Virus record (IMG/VR): IMGVR_UViG_3300037424_001364
Coordinates: 1 to 44,709 of that record
Source of the DNA: a virus
Lineage: Duplodnaviria > Caudoviricetes
Reading direction: 5' to 3' (one strand)
Length of the DNA: 44,709 nucleotides
The translations under genes and the position numbers were made by a program. Shown piece after piece: positions 1-8,929 of the stretch (position 1 is its first letter; each line of letters opens with the position of its first letter). The notes under the pieces are model-generated. The model saw nothing but the letters and a program-made list of their open reading frames with translations. It was not told where the DNA came from and did no database searches.

Positions 1-127
1 TAATTGCCCCTAATGGTGTCCATGATAACTGGGTTGATGATGAGTTGCCCATTCATATGTCAGGACAATATGAGGCTATGGCTTGGCAGTCAAGTTTTAG
101 CAAAAAATCAAAAGCAAAGTGGAATAA
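1..127. repeat. 127-bp exact repeat of the window end (44583-44709); circular-contig overlap
   Basis: Identical sequence at both ends; a gene reads through it. Confidence 0.97.
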
Positions 128-1268
128 AATAAAAGAATCAGAACACCTTAAAATATTCACTTTTAATGTAGAATGTTTTAGAAGTGAAAAGGGCAAGTCT
201 GAAATCATAGGACTCCTTGAGAGATTCAAATGCATGATAGTGGTTGATGAGTCTCAAAAAATTAAAACCCCTTCAGCTTTAAGAACAAAATTCATAGTCA
301 AGATTGGGCTGAAAGGGATTTACCGCCGTATCCTTTCTGGTACTCCAGTTACCAAAGGCAGTGAAGACTTTTACAGTCAGTTGAAATTTTTGAATCCAAA
401 CATATTGGGTATAACTGCCTTTGCTGGATTTAAGAATAGATATTGCCAGATGGGTGGATGGGAAGGGAAAGTCATTGTAGGATATAAGAACATTGAGGAA
501 CTTCAGGACAAAGTTGATAAATATAGTATGAGAGTACTGAAAAAAGATTGCCTTGACCTTCCTGAAAAGCTTTACCAATTTTCTTATTTTGATCTGACTA
601 AAACCCAATTGGATATGATCAAACAAATTAAAGCAGATGGGGTTGCAGCAATTAAAGATATTAAGGGAGATGTCACTGATGAATTTCTTCTTGAATATGT
701 TATTAGTAGGATGATAAAGATTCAACAAATATCTAATGGTTATTACTATGACACAGAGAATAAAAAAGTAATTGAAATCATCCCATTTGATAAAAACCCA
801 AGACTATTAAAACTCAAAGAAGACTTGGATAAGATTGAAGGTAAAGTAATCATTTGGTGCAGATTCAAAGAAGACATAAAACTTATAAGCAAATTGCTTA
901 AATTTATGGGGAAAAGTTTTGCTGTTTATGATGGTTCAGTTTCTCAGGATGATAGGAAAAAGAATAAAAAAGATTTTCAGGATGGTCTTCTTGATGTTCT
1001 ATTATTGAACATTCAGACAGGAGCAACAGGGCTTACACTGACAGTTGCATCTAACACTATTTATTTTGATAACAGTTATGACCTTGAATTAAGACTTCAA
1101 AGTGAAGATAGAAACCATAGGATTGGAACAAAATACAATGTTCTATATACTGACTTGGTTGCTAATGATACCCCTGAAAAAAAGATAATAACAGCACTCA
1201 AAAGAAAGAAAAGTATTAGTGAGATTATTTTAAAAGACCCTGCTGGTTTTTTTCTGGAAGAAAAATGA
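1..1268 (+). CDS. SNF2/SF2 helicase, 3' part (gene starts at 44105 and crosses the circular junction; about 581 aa total)
   Basis: VVDESQKIK (motif II), LSGTP (III), GATGLTL (V), QSEDRNHRIG (VI); in frame with the Walker A part at 44105-44709. Confidence 0.92.
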   Translation, partial: IAPNGVHDNWVDDELPIHMSGQYEAMAWQSSFSKKSKAKWNKIKESEHLKIFTFNVECFRSEKGKSEIIGLLERFKCMIVVDESQKIKTPSALRTKFIVKIGLKGIYRRILSGTPVTKGSEDFYSQLKFLNPNILGITAFAGFKNRYCQMGGWEGKVIVGYKNIEELQDKVDKYSMRVLKKDCLDLPEKLYQFSYFDLTKTQLDMIKQIKADGVAAIKDIKGDVTDEFLLEYVISRMIKIQQISNGYYYDTENKKVIEIIPFDKNPRLLKLKEDLDKIEGKVIIWCRFKEDIKLISKLLKFMGKSFAVYDGSVSQDDRKKNKKDFQDGLLDVLLLNIQTGATGLTLTVASNTIYFDNSYDLELRLQSEDRNHRIGTKYNVLYTDLVANDTPEKKIITALKRKKSISEIILKDPAGFFLEEK

Positions 1269-1636
1269 GTGAATCAGATATTTATCAGAGCTTAAAGAAA
1301 ACATGGAAACATTACATTGATCGTATTGAAGATAAACTTAAGGGTGGAATACCTGATGTAATATTAGAAAGGGATGGAGTTTCTTTTGTTGAATTAAAAC
1401 TAGTATCAGTACAAAAAAATAATAAGATAAAAATTAAGATAAGGACATCCCAATATCTATGGTTCAAAAAATACACTGGTAAAGCATGGATGCTTGTTTG
1501 GGACAGGGACATGTATTATCTATTCCAAAAAATAAATGTCCAATGCATTAAAAATGGTATGGACTTTAAAGATTTTTTAAAAAAGGCCTCATACTCCAGT
1601 CCAAAAATAAATAAGCATATGATTGATCTTTTATAA
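1265..1636 (+). CDS. VRR-NUC / PD-(D/E)XK nuclease (resolvase-like)
   Basis: GIPDV...FVELK...Q..W motif, directly downstream of the SNF2 helicase. Confidence 0.8.
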   Translation: MSESDIYQSLKKTWKHYIDRIEDKLKGGIPDVILERDGVSFVELKLVSVQKNNKIKIKIRTSQYLWFKKYTGKAWMLVWDRDMYYLFQKINVQCIKNGMDFKDFLKKASYSSPKINKHMIDLL

Positions 1637-1987
1637 CTATTTTTTCTTCTTTGCCCTTTTTTGGTACTCTAATTTGAAATAAGGGTCAATAACCTCAACC
1701 CATTTGATTGGATTAAAGCCACGAACTCTCCTGCACTTCTCTAATGGGGCTAGAATCCATCCACTTGTCACCTCACCCTTTAGTATGTCTTTTGTAGAAC
1801 AAGCACATCCAATGCGATCCTTATCAATATTTTTTGGCAAAAGTTGATTTTCAGGATAGGCAAAAGCAATTTCACAGTAATCTTGCTGAGGTTCAAGAGT
1901 GTTGCATGATGTCAAAGTAATAAGAATAAAAAGCAAGATACATAATCCTAAAAGCATTCCAAGTAAGTTATTATTTCCCATAATCAT
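1637..1987 (-). CDS. Lipoprotein, putative o-spanin
   Basis: Hydrophobic signal ending in lipobox LTS-C; last gene of the lysis cassette. Confidence 0.6.
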   Translation of the reverse strand: MIMGNNNLLGMLLGLCILLFILITLTSCNTLEPQQDYCEIAFAYPENQLLPKNIDKDRIGCACSTKDILKGEVTSGWILAPLEKCRRVRGFNPIKWVEVIDPYFKLEYQKRAKKKK

Positions 1988-2187
1988 TCCTCTTTGTTAA
2001 GGGCATCAAGCCACCCTTGTATATTCCCAGAATCTAAAGCAGCATCCCCATCTTCCACATAGGCAACATTCTTTTCAGCTATAACTTTGATTCCTCTTTT
2101 TAGTGCAGCATCTTTAAAAAAATCAACAGATAGGTCCCAAAATTTATCAAAGATAACTGAAAGGACTGTTTTTAAAAACCAAGTCAT
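1984..2187 (-). CDS. Small lysis-cassette protein (possible i-spanin-like partner)
   Basis: AGGAG RBS; 4-bp overlap with the lipoprotein; amphipathic N-terminus. Confidence 0.4.
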   Translation of the reverse strand: MTWFLKTVLSVIFDKFWDLSVDFFKDAALKRGIKVIAEKNVAYVEDGDAALDSGNIQGWLDALNKEE

Positions 2188-2202
2188 AATAACTCTCCTT
2201 AT

Positions 2203-2248
2203 AAAAAAGGGTTGTAAAGTCTATGTCTCAGAAACTCTACAACCCTTT
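2203..2248 (-). terminator. Putative rho-independent terminator after the holin
   Basis: AAAGGGTTGTA (2206-2216) pairs with TACAACCCTTT (2238-2248); U-tract on the minus strand. Confidence 0.55.
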
Positions 2249-2271
2249 GTATCTCACCATGAGATTTTTAA

Positions 2272-2694
2272 TTACTCGCCTGTAATTTCTTTTAGAACTA
2301 CTTTGATTAATTGGAAAATGCTGTTTGCTCCAAGTTTAGGAATGGAGGCTAATACTTCTGAAATTGCCCATAAGCATCCCATGATAATAGTGAATACAGA
2401 TGGAGTTTCAATTGCAGAATCAGCAGCAAAAGCAGGTAGTGCTACAAAGATAAAAAGTAGAGTTAGCACAGCCACAGATTTTCCCGCAAGAGCTTTCAAA
2501 ATGGTAAGGACCAATTGAAAAATGCTATTGGCATTTAGTGCAGGAATAGAAGCTAGAACTTCTGAAACTGCAAACAGGCAACCAAAAACTATTGCCATGA
2601 TAGAAGGGGAAGCAGTTACTGCTTCAGCAGCCATTAAAGGCAGGCTTAGGAATGCCAACATTAGCATTACTAGGAAGGTGAAAAGTGTTCTCAT
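2272..2694 (-). CDS. Putative holin with internal tandem duplication
   Basis: Several hydrophobic helices; two copies of GCL-A-SEVLASIP-L-ANSIFQL; adjacent to the endolysin. Confidence 0.65.
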   Translation of the reverse strand: MRTLFTFLVMLMLAFLSLPLMAAEAVTASPSIMAIVFGCLFAVSEVLASIPALNANSIFQLVLTILKALAGKSVAVLTLLFIFVALPAFAADSAIETPSVFTIIMGCLWAISEVLASIPKLGANSIFQLIKVVLKEITGE

Positions 2695-2770
2695 AAAAAA
2701 TACTCCTTGTACAAGTTAAGAGGCAACCAAGCCTCAATGATCATAGATTAAATAATAACCCTTAATGACT

Positions 2771-3163
2771 CTAAAGTAAATAATCTCTTATGGTCTGAAG
2801 GTGGAAGTGTTCATTGCCTTCTGTTTCTTCATAAACTAGACATTTAATTTGAGCACAACCAACAGGACCAGTACCAAACTTCTCAGCATACTTCCCATTA
2901 ACATATGCTAATAACAGTTCAATTTCCATCCTTGTAAATGACCATGATCTAAAATCTATGGCCCTACCTTCCCCATGAGTATCAGAAATACTGATTGGTA
3001 GTTTACCTCTTATGGTGCTGGTCACAATTGGCGATGGCCAATCACGCTCTTCGCAATATTTACAAATATCTAAGAACATGATTTGGACAATTAAATCCAA
3101 TTCTGTGAATAAAAGTTTATCATCTTGATATTTAAATGTGTAAGGTATTACTGATCTTGCCAT
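2771..3163 (-). CDS. Endolysin, peptidase M15 (DD-peptidase/hedgehog Zn fold)
   Basis: VTSTIR...SDTHGEGRAIDF...HFHLQ Zn-ligand pattern. Confidence 0.8.
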   Translation of the reverse strand: MARSVIPYTFKYQDDKLLFTELDLIVQIMFLDICKYCEERDWPSPIVTSTIRGKLPISISDTHGEGRAIDFRSWSFTRMEIELLLAYVNGKYAEKFGTGPVGCAQIKCLVYEETEGNEHFHLQTIRDYLL

Positions 3164-3172
3164 AGTATCTCC

Positions 3173-4987
3173 TTATGTTGCTAGGTGATCTGATATACTT
3201 GCTGCATCTTCATTTGGAACATAAAATTTATCTTCATAAGATGCTGGTTGTCCATTATCTTCAGTATATTTGACTTCTTGTGTTATCTGTATTCCAAGCA
3301 TCACAGTCCTAATAAGGTCTTGTTCATAGTAACCATTTTCAACTGAAACAGTTTCAACCCCTTTGGTAATTAAATTCCCACCAGAATAAAAGTCATCTGC
3401 TGAAAAGGATATTTCTGCACCTTCAACAGGCTCACCTGCCATGTTGGTAATGAACCCATACATTTTACAAACCAATGGGTAGTTAGGAGCAACAGCAAAA
3501 TTATAAGTCATAACCAAACTAAATAAAGATGGAGTTTCATTTTCATCAGTAGTTATCAGATACACTTTTAATTTGAAAACCTTCCCAAGCCCATAAGAGA
3601 AGCTTGGCATGTGATCATTAAATTCTTCAATTGTGTTGGTTTGATCTGGTGTCCCATCTGTTAACTCTATCACTTCAGTAATAGGATTCCACCAATAATC
3701 ACTATTGTTAATATTAGTTGCAACTTTGATTGATGTTCCTATTGGAGTTGTACTATCTATTGTGAGTTCACCAACACCATCAAGGTATGTTCCAGTATTA
3801 ATCATGATCCATGGTTTTGTGATACTTCTTTTTTGTCCTGTGTAGAATAATCTATATAATGTTGCAATTTGTTGGGTATTGCTATTTGTAAATAACCCTT
3901 TGACAACCATATCATTTGATGTTGGGAGTGTTCCAATATTACTTTGGACTTCTGATAGACTATTGCTTTGTGCTTCTGTTCCATTACTTGAAACCCAAGA
4001 AGTCCCATTATGCCAAAGATCATTGTGAATAAATTTAATGCTTCCTGTTATTGTAGCAGCCAAACTTTCCCATTCTTGTATATCCCCTATATCTGAGTAG
4101 GAAAATTCAGGAATTGTAAATAGTGATGATAGGTATATTTTTGCTGGGATTGAATACCCAATTTCATAAGGTGCAGTGGTAATTGGCCTATCGAATAATA
4201 ATGGCTTTGAAAAACTTGCTTTTGCTAAATTATAAACTAATGGTGATGCCCCTAACTCAAGATACCCTTGGCTTTCAATTACATTCCAAGGGGCATGGGT
4301 TAATGTCCCATACAATAAACCATCAATATAAAGTGTTGCATATCCAACAACATTATCAATAATTAATTTCATCTCATATTCAGTGCCCTCAACAAGTCCA
4401 GCAGCAAGTCCCATTGCTTGAGTAAACCAAACATTTGCACCAGCACTATCACGAACGGTTAAGCGAATTGAATCACCTGAACTGGCATGAATCAGCATGA
4501 ACATGTTGTTGACTCCTGACAACTCTCTACCAGAAACAATATTAATAATCCCATCAGGTGGACTAGTATAATCAGGTTTGTACATCCAAACCAATTCAAA
4601 TGCACCTTTATTTGGAACTGAGTATCTTACACCAGCAGCATCAACACAATTAATATATCCATCAACCAATGTTGGTACACCATTTAAAGTTCCAGATGTA
4701 CTACCACCTTTATTCCAATCAAGGTTCATATCTGATAAAAAGTTAGCACCAAGAACAGAATAGAGAGGAGTTTGATCCAATGCCTTTAAAACATCATCAG
4801 CAAATTCTGCTTTATCAGATTCATAGCCAAATCCAACACTGCTTGAAAAATCTTCTTGAAACTCTTGCCCTGATTTATTGATTAATTTCAAAATGCAATT
4901 TGCACCATCTGATTCAATCTTTGTTTCATCATACTCATATGAATCTAATGTATTATAAAGTAGTGTTAATGTTCTATCATTTGCCAT
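3173..4987 (-). CDS. Tail fibre/adhesin with a LamG/ConA-like domain and a C-terminal Ig-like domain
   Basis: ATLYIDG...LELGA LamG-like motif; GFITNMAGEPVEGAEISF; located after the tail genes. Confidence 0.55.
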   Translation of the reverse strand: MANDRTLTLLYNTLDSYEYDETKIESDGANCILKLINKSGQEFQEDFSSSVGFGYESDKAEFADDVLKALDQTPLYSVLGANFLSDMNLDWNKGGSTSGTLNGVPTLVDGYINCVDAAGVRYSVPNKGAFELVWMYKPDYTSPPDGIINIVSGRELSGVNNMFMLIHASSGDSIRLTVRDSAGANVWFTQAMGLAAGLVEGTEYEMKLIIDNVVGYATLYIDGLLYGTLTHAPWNVIESQGYLELGASPLVYNLAKASFSKPLLFDRPITTAPYEIGYSIPAKIYLSSLFTIPEFSYSDIGDIQEWESLAATITGSIKFIHNDLWHNGTSWVSSNGTEAQSNSLSEVQSNIGTLPTSNDMVVKGLFTNSNTQQIATLYRLFYTGQKRSITKPWIMINTGTYLDGVGELTIDSTTPIGTSIKVATNINNSDYWWNPITEVIELTDGTPDQTNTIEEFNDHMPSFSYGLGKVFKLKVYLITTDENETPSLFSLVMTYNFAVAPNYPLVCKMYGFITNMAGEPVEGAEISFSADDFYSGGNLITKGVETVSVENGYYEQDLIRTVMLGIQITQEVKYTEDNGQPASYEDKFYVPNEDAASISDHLAT

Positions 4988-4989
4988 TT

Positions 4990-5175
4990 TTATTTCTCCC
5001 TTAAATCATTAATCTTATGGTCCACTTCTTTGATTGCTATTTTAATTTCTTGAAGCATACTAAAGATTGTAAGAATATTTGCTTCATTAATTCTTGTTTT
5101 AACAATGCTTGCTGCTGCTGTTGCTATACTTGCTGCTAATAAAATTCCTAGTGCTGTTTGTATGCATGTTTTCAT
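4990..5175 (-). CDS. Small membrane protein (one TM helix plus coiled coil)
   Basis: Hydrophobic N-terminal helix followed by a heptad-like tail; tightly packed in the operon. Confidence 0.5.
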   Translation of the reverse strand: MKTCIQTALGILLAASIATAAASIVKTRINEANILTIFSMLQEIKIAIKEVDHKINDLREK

Positions 5176-6867
5176 TTATGATACCAACCTATAATCTATG
5201 AAAAATCCAGAAGAACATGATATGTTCTGATTTGCTGCTGAATTTTTTGATATTTTAAAACATGAATTATTAGTTTCAAATAATTCTTTGGCAACTACAT
5301 ATCTTGAATAACCAGCACTATTAGTTGATATTGATGGGTAGCTATGAAAATAATCAGAACCACCAATAACTGGGTCAAAAATTTGCTCAAATTCACACCC
5401 AACATGAAGTGTAGAACCACTTGTTGTTGTTGCATCAGTATGAAGACCTGTTTTAAGTTTTATCATTATTCCTTTTGGTACAAATGGATCATTGATAGTT
5501 GTTCCTGAAAATTGTAGTGCTATGCTTGTATAAAAAAACTGAAGTTTCTGATTATCAGTTGCCCCAGAAACTTCAACCATTCCCTTCAAATGAACACTAA
5601 GATTTCCTAAATCACTTTCATGGGCATAGAATGGAACAATTTCAGAATCTGCATTACCAGTAAAACTAAACACTCTTCTGAATTTTGTATATCCAGCAGA
5701 AGCAATGGCACTATTGCTTAATATATTTCTACCATCAGGAAAAGTATCAACACACCAATCATAATTTGTGCTAATTGGATTATAAAGAACAAAAACATGA
5801 TATGAAATACTTGTGTGTATCCCAAGGGTTGAACTTGCAAGGCTAATTGATGTCATTGGTTTTATTTCATTAATTGGGGAATCAGTAGAAAACATCATCT
5901 GGTTAAGGCCAACTGCACTAGTTGCTCCATTTGCTTTTGTTATTTTTATCCCAATCCATGCCCAATTGGTTGTATTATCTGGAATCTCAAAATATTTTTT
6001 TTGCAATCCAGCACTCCATTGCTGACCTGAAACTGTTAAAAGAGTTGTCCATGATGCAGCATTAAAACTGCTTTGATCTGTTATTGTGTCATTTGTTCCA
6101 ACAATCTCGAAGTCTTCTGGTGATGAATTCCATGTGTTTGCTGCTGTATATGGATAACCAAACACAGATTGCAACATTACTCTTTTAACTACACCAATAT
6201 TATTTTTTCTTCCTAAATATTGGTTTATTGTAGCTGGATCAACATTGTTATACCAAACATTATTAAGATTGCCAGCAGTTTGGTCAAAAGCTTCATATGG
6301 ATAATATGATGAATAATTTCCAGTTGCAAAACACATCTCACCAGATGGTAAAGCTGCTCCGGTCATCGGCACTTCTTCACTGTAGTGAGCGCCACCCCCA
6401 ACCATAGAACCAACAGATGCCCCAAATCCTTCATCCCAAGTTGACATTAATGATTTCTGCCCAAGAGAGGAAACTTTAAGATTTGTTGTATCATCTGAAC
6501 TTCTGGCAGAACCTCCACCAATTGATAAAACTGTTCCACTTACATACTCAGGTACAAACCCAGTTATAAAATTTGGAGGCAAAAGTGAAACACCTGCTGA
6601 AAGGAGGGCTTCCCATGTGGTGCTCCCTACTGCCAAAGCATCACTGTCATAGACATTTATTTGCCCATCATTTCTTGCCACAATATTATTAACCATTGAC
6701 CCACCTGATATTTCAGTGAGGTCACCAATGTTAAATAAACTCTTGGGTTTGTTGGTTGAACCATCCATTGCAAGAAGAGTATTGAGTGCAATTGCCTGCC
6801 ATGTTGCAGTTAATTGATCTGCAAAAAGCTTTTCTTCTGATATAAAAATTGGTATTTCTTTTGCCAT
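5176..6867 (-). CDS. Tail fibre / receptor-binding protein with a discoidin (F5/8 type C)-like domain
   Basis: PYEAFD...WY...SPEDFEIVGTND...WTTL...IKIT pattern; position in the tail module. Confidence 0.6.
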   Translation of the reverse strand: MAKEIPIFISEEKLFADQLTATWQAIALNTLLAMDGSTNKPKSLFNIGDLTEISGGSMVNNIVARNDGQINVYDSDALAVGSTTWEALLSAGVSLLPPNFITGFVPEYVSGTVLSIGGGSARSSDDTTNLKVSSLGQKSLMSTWDEGFGASVGSMVGGGAHYSEEVPMTGAALPSGEMCFATGNYSSYYPYEAFDQTAGNLNNVWYNNVDPATINQYLGRKNNIGVVKRVMLQSVFGYPYTAANTWNSSPEDFEIVGTNDTITDQSSFNAASWTTLLTVSGQQWSAGLQKKYFEIPDNTTNWAWIGIKITKANGATSAVGLNQMMFSTDSPINEIKPMTSISLASSTLGIHTSISYHVFVLYNPISTNYDWCVDTFPDGRNILSNSAIASAGYTKFRRVFSFTGNADSEIVPFYAHESDLGNLSVHLKGMVEVSGATDNQKLQFFYTSIALQFSGTTINDPFVPKGIMIKLKTGLHTDATTTSGSTLHVGCEFEQIFDPVIGGSDYFHSYPSISTNSAGYSRYVVAKELFETNNSCFKISKNSAANQNISCSSGFFIDYRLVS

Positions 6868-6897
6868 ATTAACTCCTATCCTACCCTAAAATTCCCT

Positions 6898-8133
6898 TTA
6901 TAGGAAACTGGAAACTATTATTCTTGTGGTCATTGATTGGTGATTATGTTCAACTTCTTTGACCATCCAAAAATTTGCATTATTACTTTGATTTGCCCCT
7001 AAGTAATTTCTTAAGTAATCAATATCCAATCTACTTTTGTCTAAAATGAAAGCATCAGGTGGATCATATGATCCTCCAATTACTTGAATTTTATCCAAAA
7101 TAAATATCTCAGGATACAATGGCACCTCAATAACAAATCCATCATATTCTTTACTTACTCTTCCACCAACAGCAGTCAGATAAGCAAGCCTTTGGGCATA
7201 AAGATAGATTCCAGATATCTCTATTTCTAGTGTCTTATTGTATTTAAGGACTCCATCATCCCAGCTTGTATTTGTTCCAGTCCAATAGATTTTATCAAAA
7301 ACCTTATCAATCCCTCTTTCATAATTCATGTATTTCAGGATTTTGTCACTCTGGAAAATCTTTACTACTGCACCAGTAGGAGCAAGAGGCTGATAATATA
7401 AGACACCTTGCTTTTGGAAAAGCATACTATGCCCTGTGCTTAGGTCTTGAATCATCTCAATGATCTGTGTATTTCCAAACCAACTAGGATCACTTGTCAC
7501 TGGGTTGGTGTAGTTTATATTTTGGACGTTATACCCTGCATCAATATTGCCAGAATCAACTGTAAGAAAATCAGTGAACTCTGATCGATTAAAGATTTCA
7601 TAAATGAGATCATTAAGATTGACTTGGGTAGGGGCAATATCTGCAAAGGTATACTTCTTAACAAGCATTGTAAGCATATCTTCAATCTGCAAAAATTGGA
7701 CAATGTTGCTTTCATCTACCCTGGTGCCTTGACTCTCATCATTTATGAATCCACGATATTCTTCAACCAAAGCAGTATCACCTGACTTTGTATCATGGTA
7801 TCCATAACTAATTTTAACCTGAGTCATATGCCGAACATATCCATAAAAAATTGATCTGCTATCCTGTTCTTTTTCAAATTCCCCCCATAAAGAATTAAAA
7901 GAAAGAACACAAGAAGGGACTTCTAAAACCCCAAAAGAATAAGAATCATTAGGAAGTTTATTTTTAATAGAACCTAAAACACTATCAATAATAACAGGAT
8001 GATTAACAAGAGTTTCAACATCGTTCCAATCTGCTTCATAACCAGCACCAACCAACTTCCTCTTAAATTCAATAAGAGTAACTGCATTAAGCGTTTGGTT
8101 GTGATCATAAATTTCAGCTAATGTTAATGCCAT
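6898..8133 (-). CDS. Tail tip/baseplate hub protein (putative)
   Basis: Second gene after the tape measure; size and beta-rich composition fit. Confidence 0.55.
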   Translation of the reverse strand: MALTLAEIYDHNQTLNAVTLIEFKRKLVGAGYEADWNDVETLVNHPVIIDSVLGSIKNKLPNDSYSFGVLEVPSCVLSFNSLWGEFEKEQDSRSIFYGYVRHMTQVKISYGYHDTKSGDTALVEEYRGFINDESQGTRVDESNIVQFLQIEDMLTMLVKKYTFADIAPTQVNLNDLIYEIFNRSEFTDFLTVDSGNIDAGYNVQNINYTNPVTSDPSWFGNTQIIEMIQDLSTGHSMLFQKQGVLYYQPLAPTGAVVKIFQSDKILKYMNYERGIDKVFDKIYWTGTNTSWDDGVLKYNKTLEIEISGIYLYAQRLAYLTAVGGRVSKEYDGFVIEVPLYPEIFILDKIQVIGGSYDPPDAFILDKSRLDIDYLRNYLGANQSNNANFWMVKEVEHNHQSMTTRIIVSSFL

Positions 8134-8927
8134 TACTTCAATTGTCCTGTTTGTTCAAAGGTTATCCCATCATCAAAAACACCATTCAAATAATTTTTAT
8201 GAGCTGAAGGGGATGGGCTACCAGTATGGGTACATTTTATAAAATCTGTAAATCTATATGGGGCAACTTCAACTTTTGCAGAATCATAACCAGCATTAAT
8301 CCAGATGAAGAAATCCCTTCCCATGTTCTGGATAAATTGGATTATGTCATATTGTTCTTGAACCCCTATGTACTTAGAAGATATTTTGAATTGCCAGTGA
8401 AATCCTTTGTTCACTGTTACAACTCCACCAGAATCAAGGCTCAATTTTTTCTGGGTTGGTTTTCTCACAGTATTAATATCATTAAAAATAATCAGGTTGC
8501 CAATCTCTTCAAATGCCATAATACAACCACAATATTTTTCTTCATTAATTGGCAGTGTGTTGCTTACTCTTATTTCCATCTCAACAAAAGTTTGTATTGT
8601 ATCAAAAGTATAATAGACACTTTTAAGGTCATTGCTTATGACTACATTATCACCTGTTGGAGTTATATCCACAAAGCTGCTAACATCAGTTTCTTTAGTC
8701 CATATTGATTGATTGGCAAAATTAGTGTCAAGGATAACAAGAGAATCAAATTTCTTTGGGCTTGTGTATGCCCTGTTGATGATCACCTCATCACCATTTG
8801 TCCCTTGCCCAATGCTTTGATATGTTGACTCTATTGTCTCAGAAAATACAACAGAGGCATTACCAGTTGTTGCTGTATATGTCCCCCCTTGGGTTCTTGC
8901 TAAAACATTGGTGTCAAAAAATCTCAT
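8133..8927 (-). CDS. Distal tail protein (putative)
   Basis: Immediately follows the tape measure gene. Confidence 0.5.
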   Translation of the reverse strand: MRFFDTNVLARTQGGTYTATTGNASVVFSETIESTYQSIGQGTNGDEVIINRAYTSPKKFDSLVILDTNFANQSIWTKETDVSSFVDITPTGDNVVISNDLKSVYYTFDTIQTFVEMEIRVSNTLPINEEKYCGCIMAFEEIGNLIIFNDINTVRKPTQKKLSLDSGGVVTVNKGFHWQFKISSKYIGVQEQYDIIQFIQNMGRDFFIWINAGYDSAKVEVAPYRFTDFIKCTHTGSPSPSAHKNYLNGVFDDGITFEQTGQLK

Positions 8928-8929
8928 AA

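Noticed and set aside
3173-6867. Diversity-generating retroelement targeting the tail fibres
   Set aside because: No reverse transcriptase and no template/variable repeat pair seen
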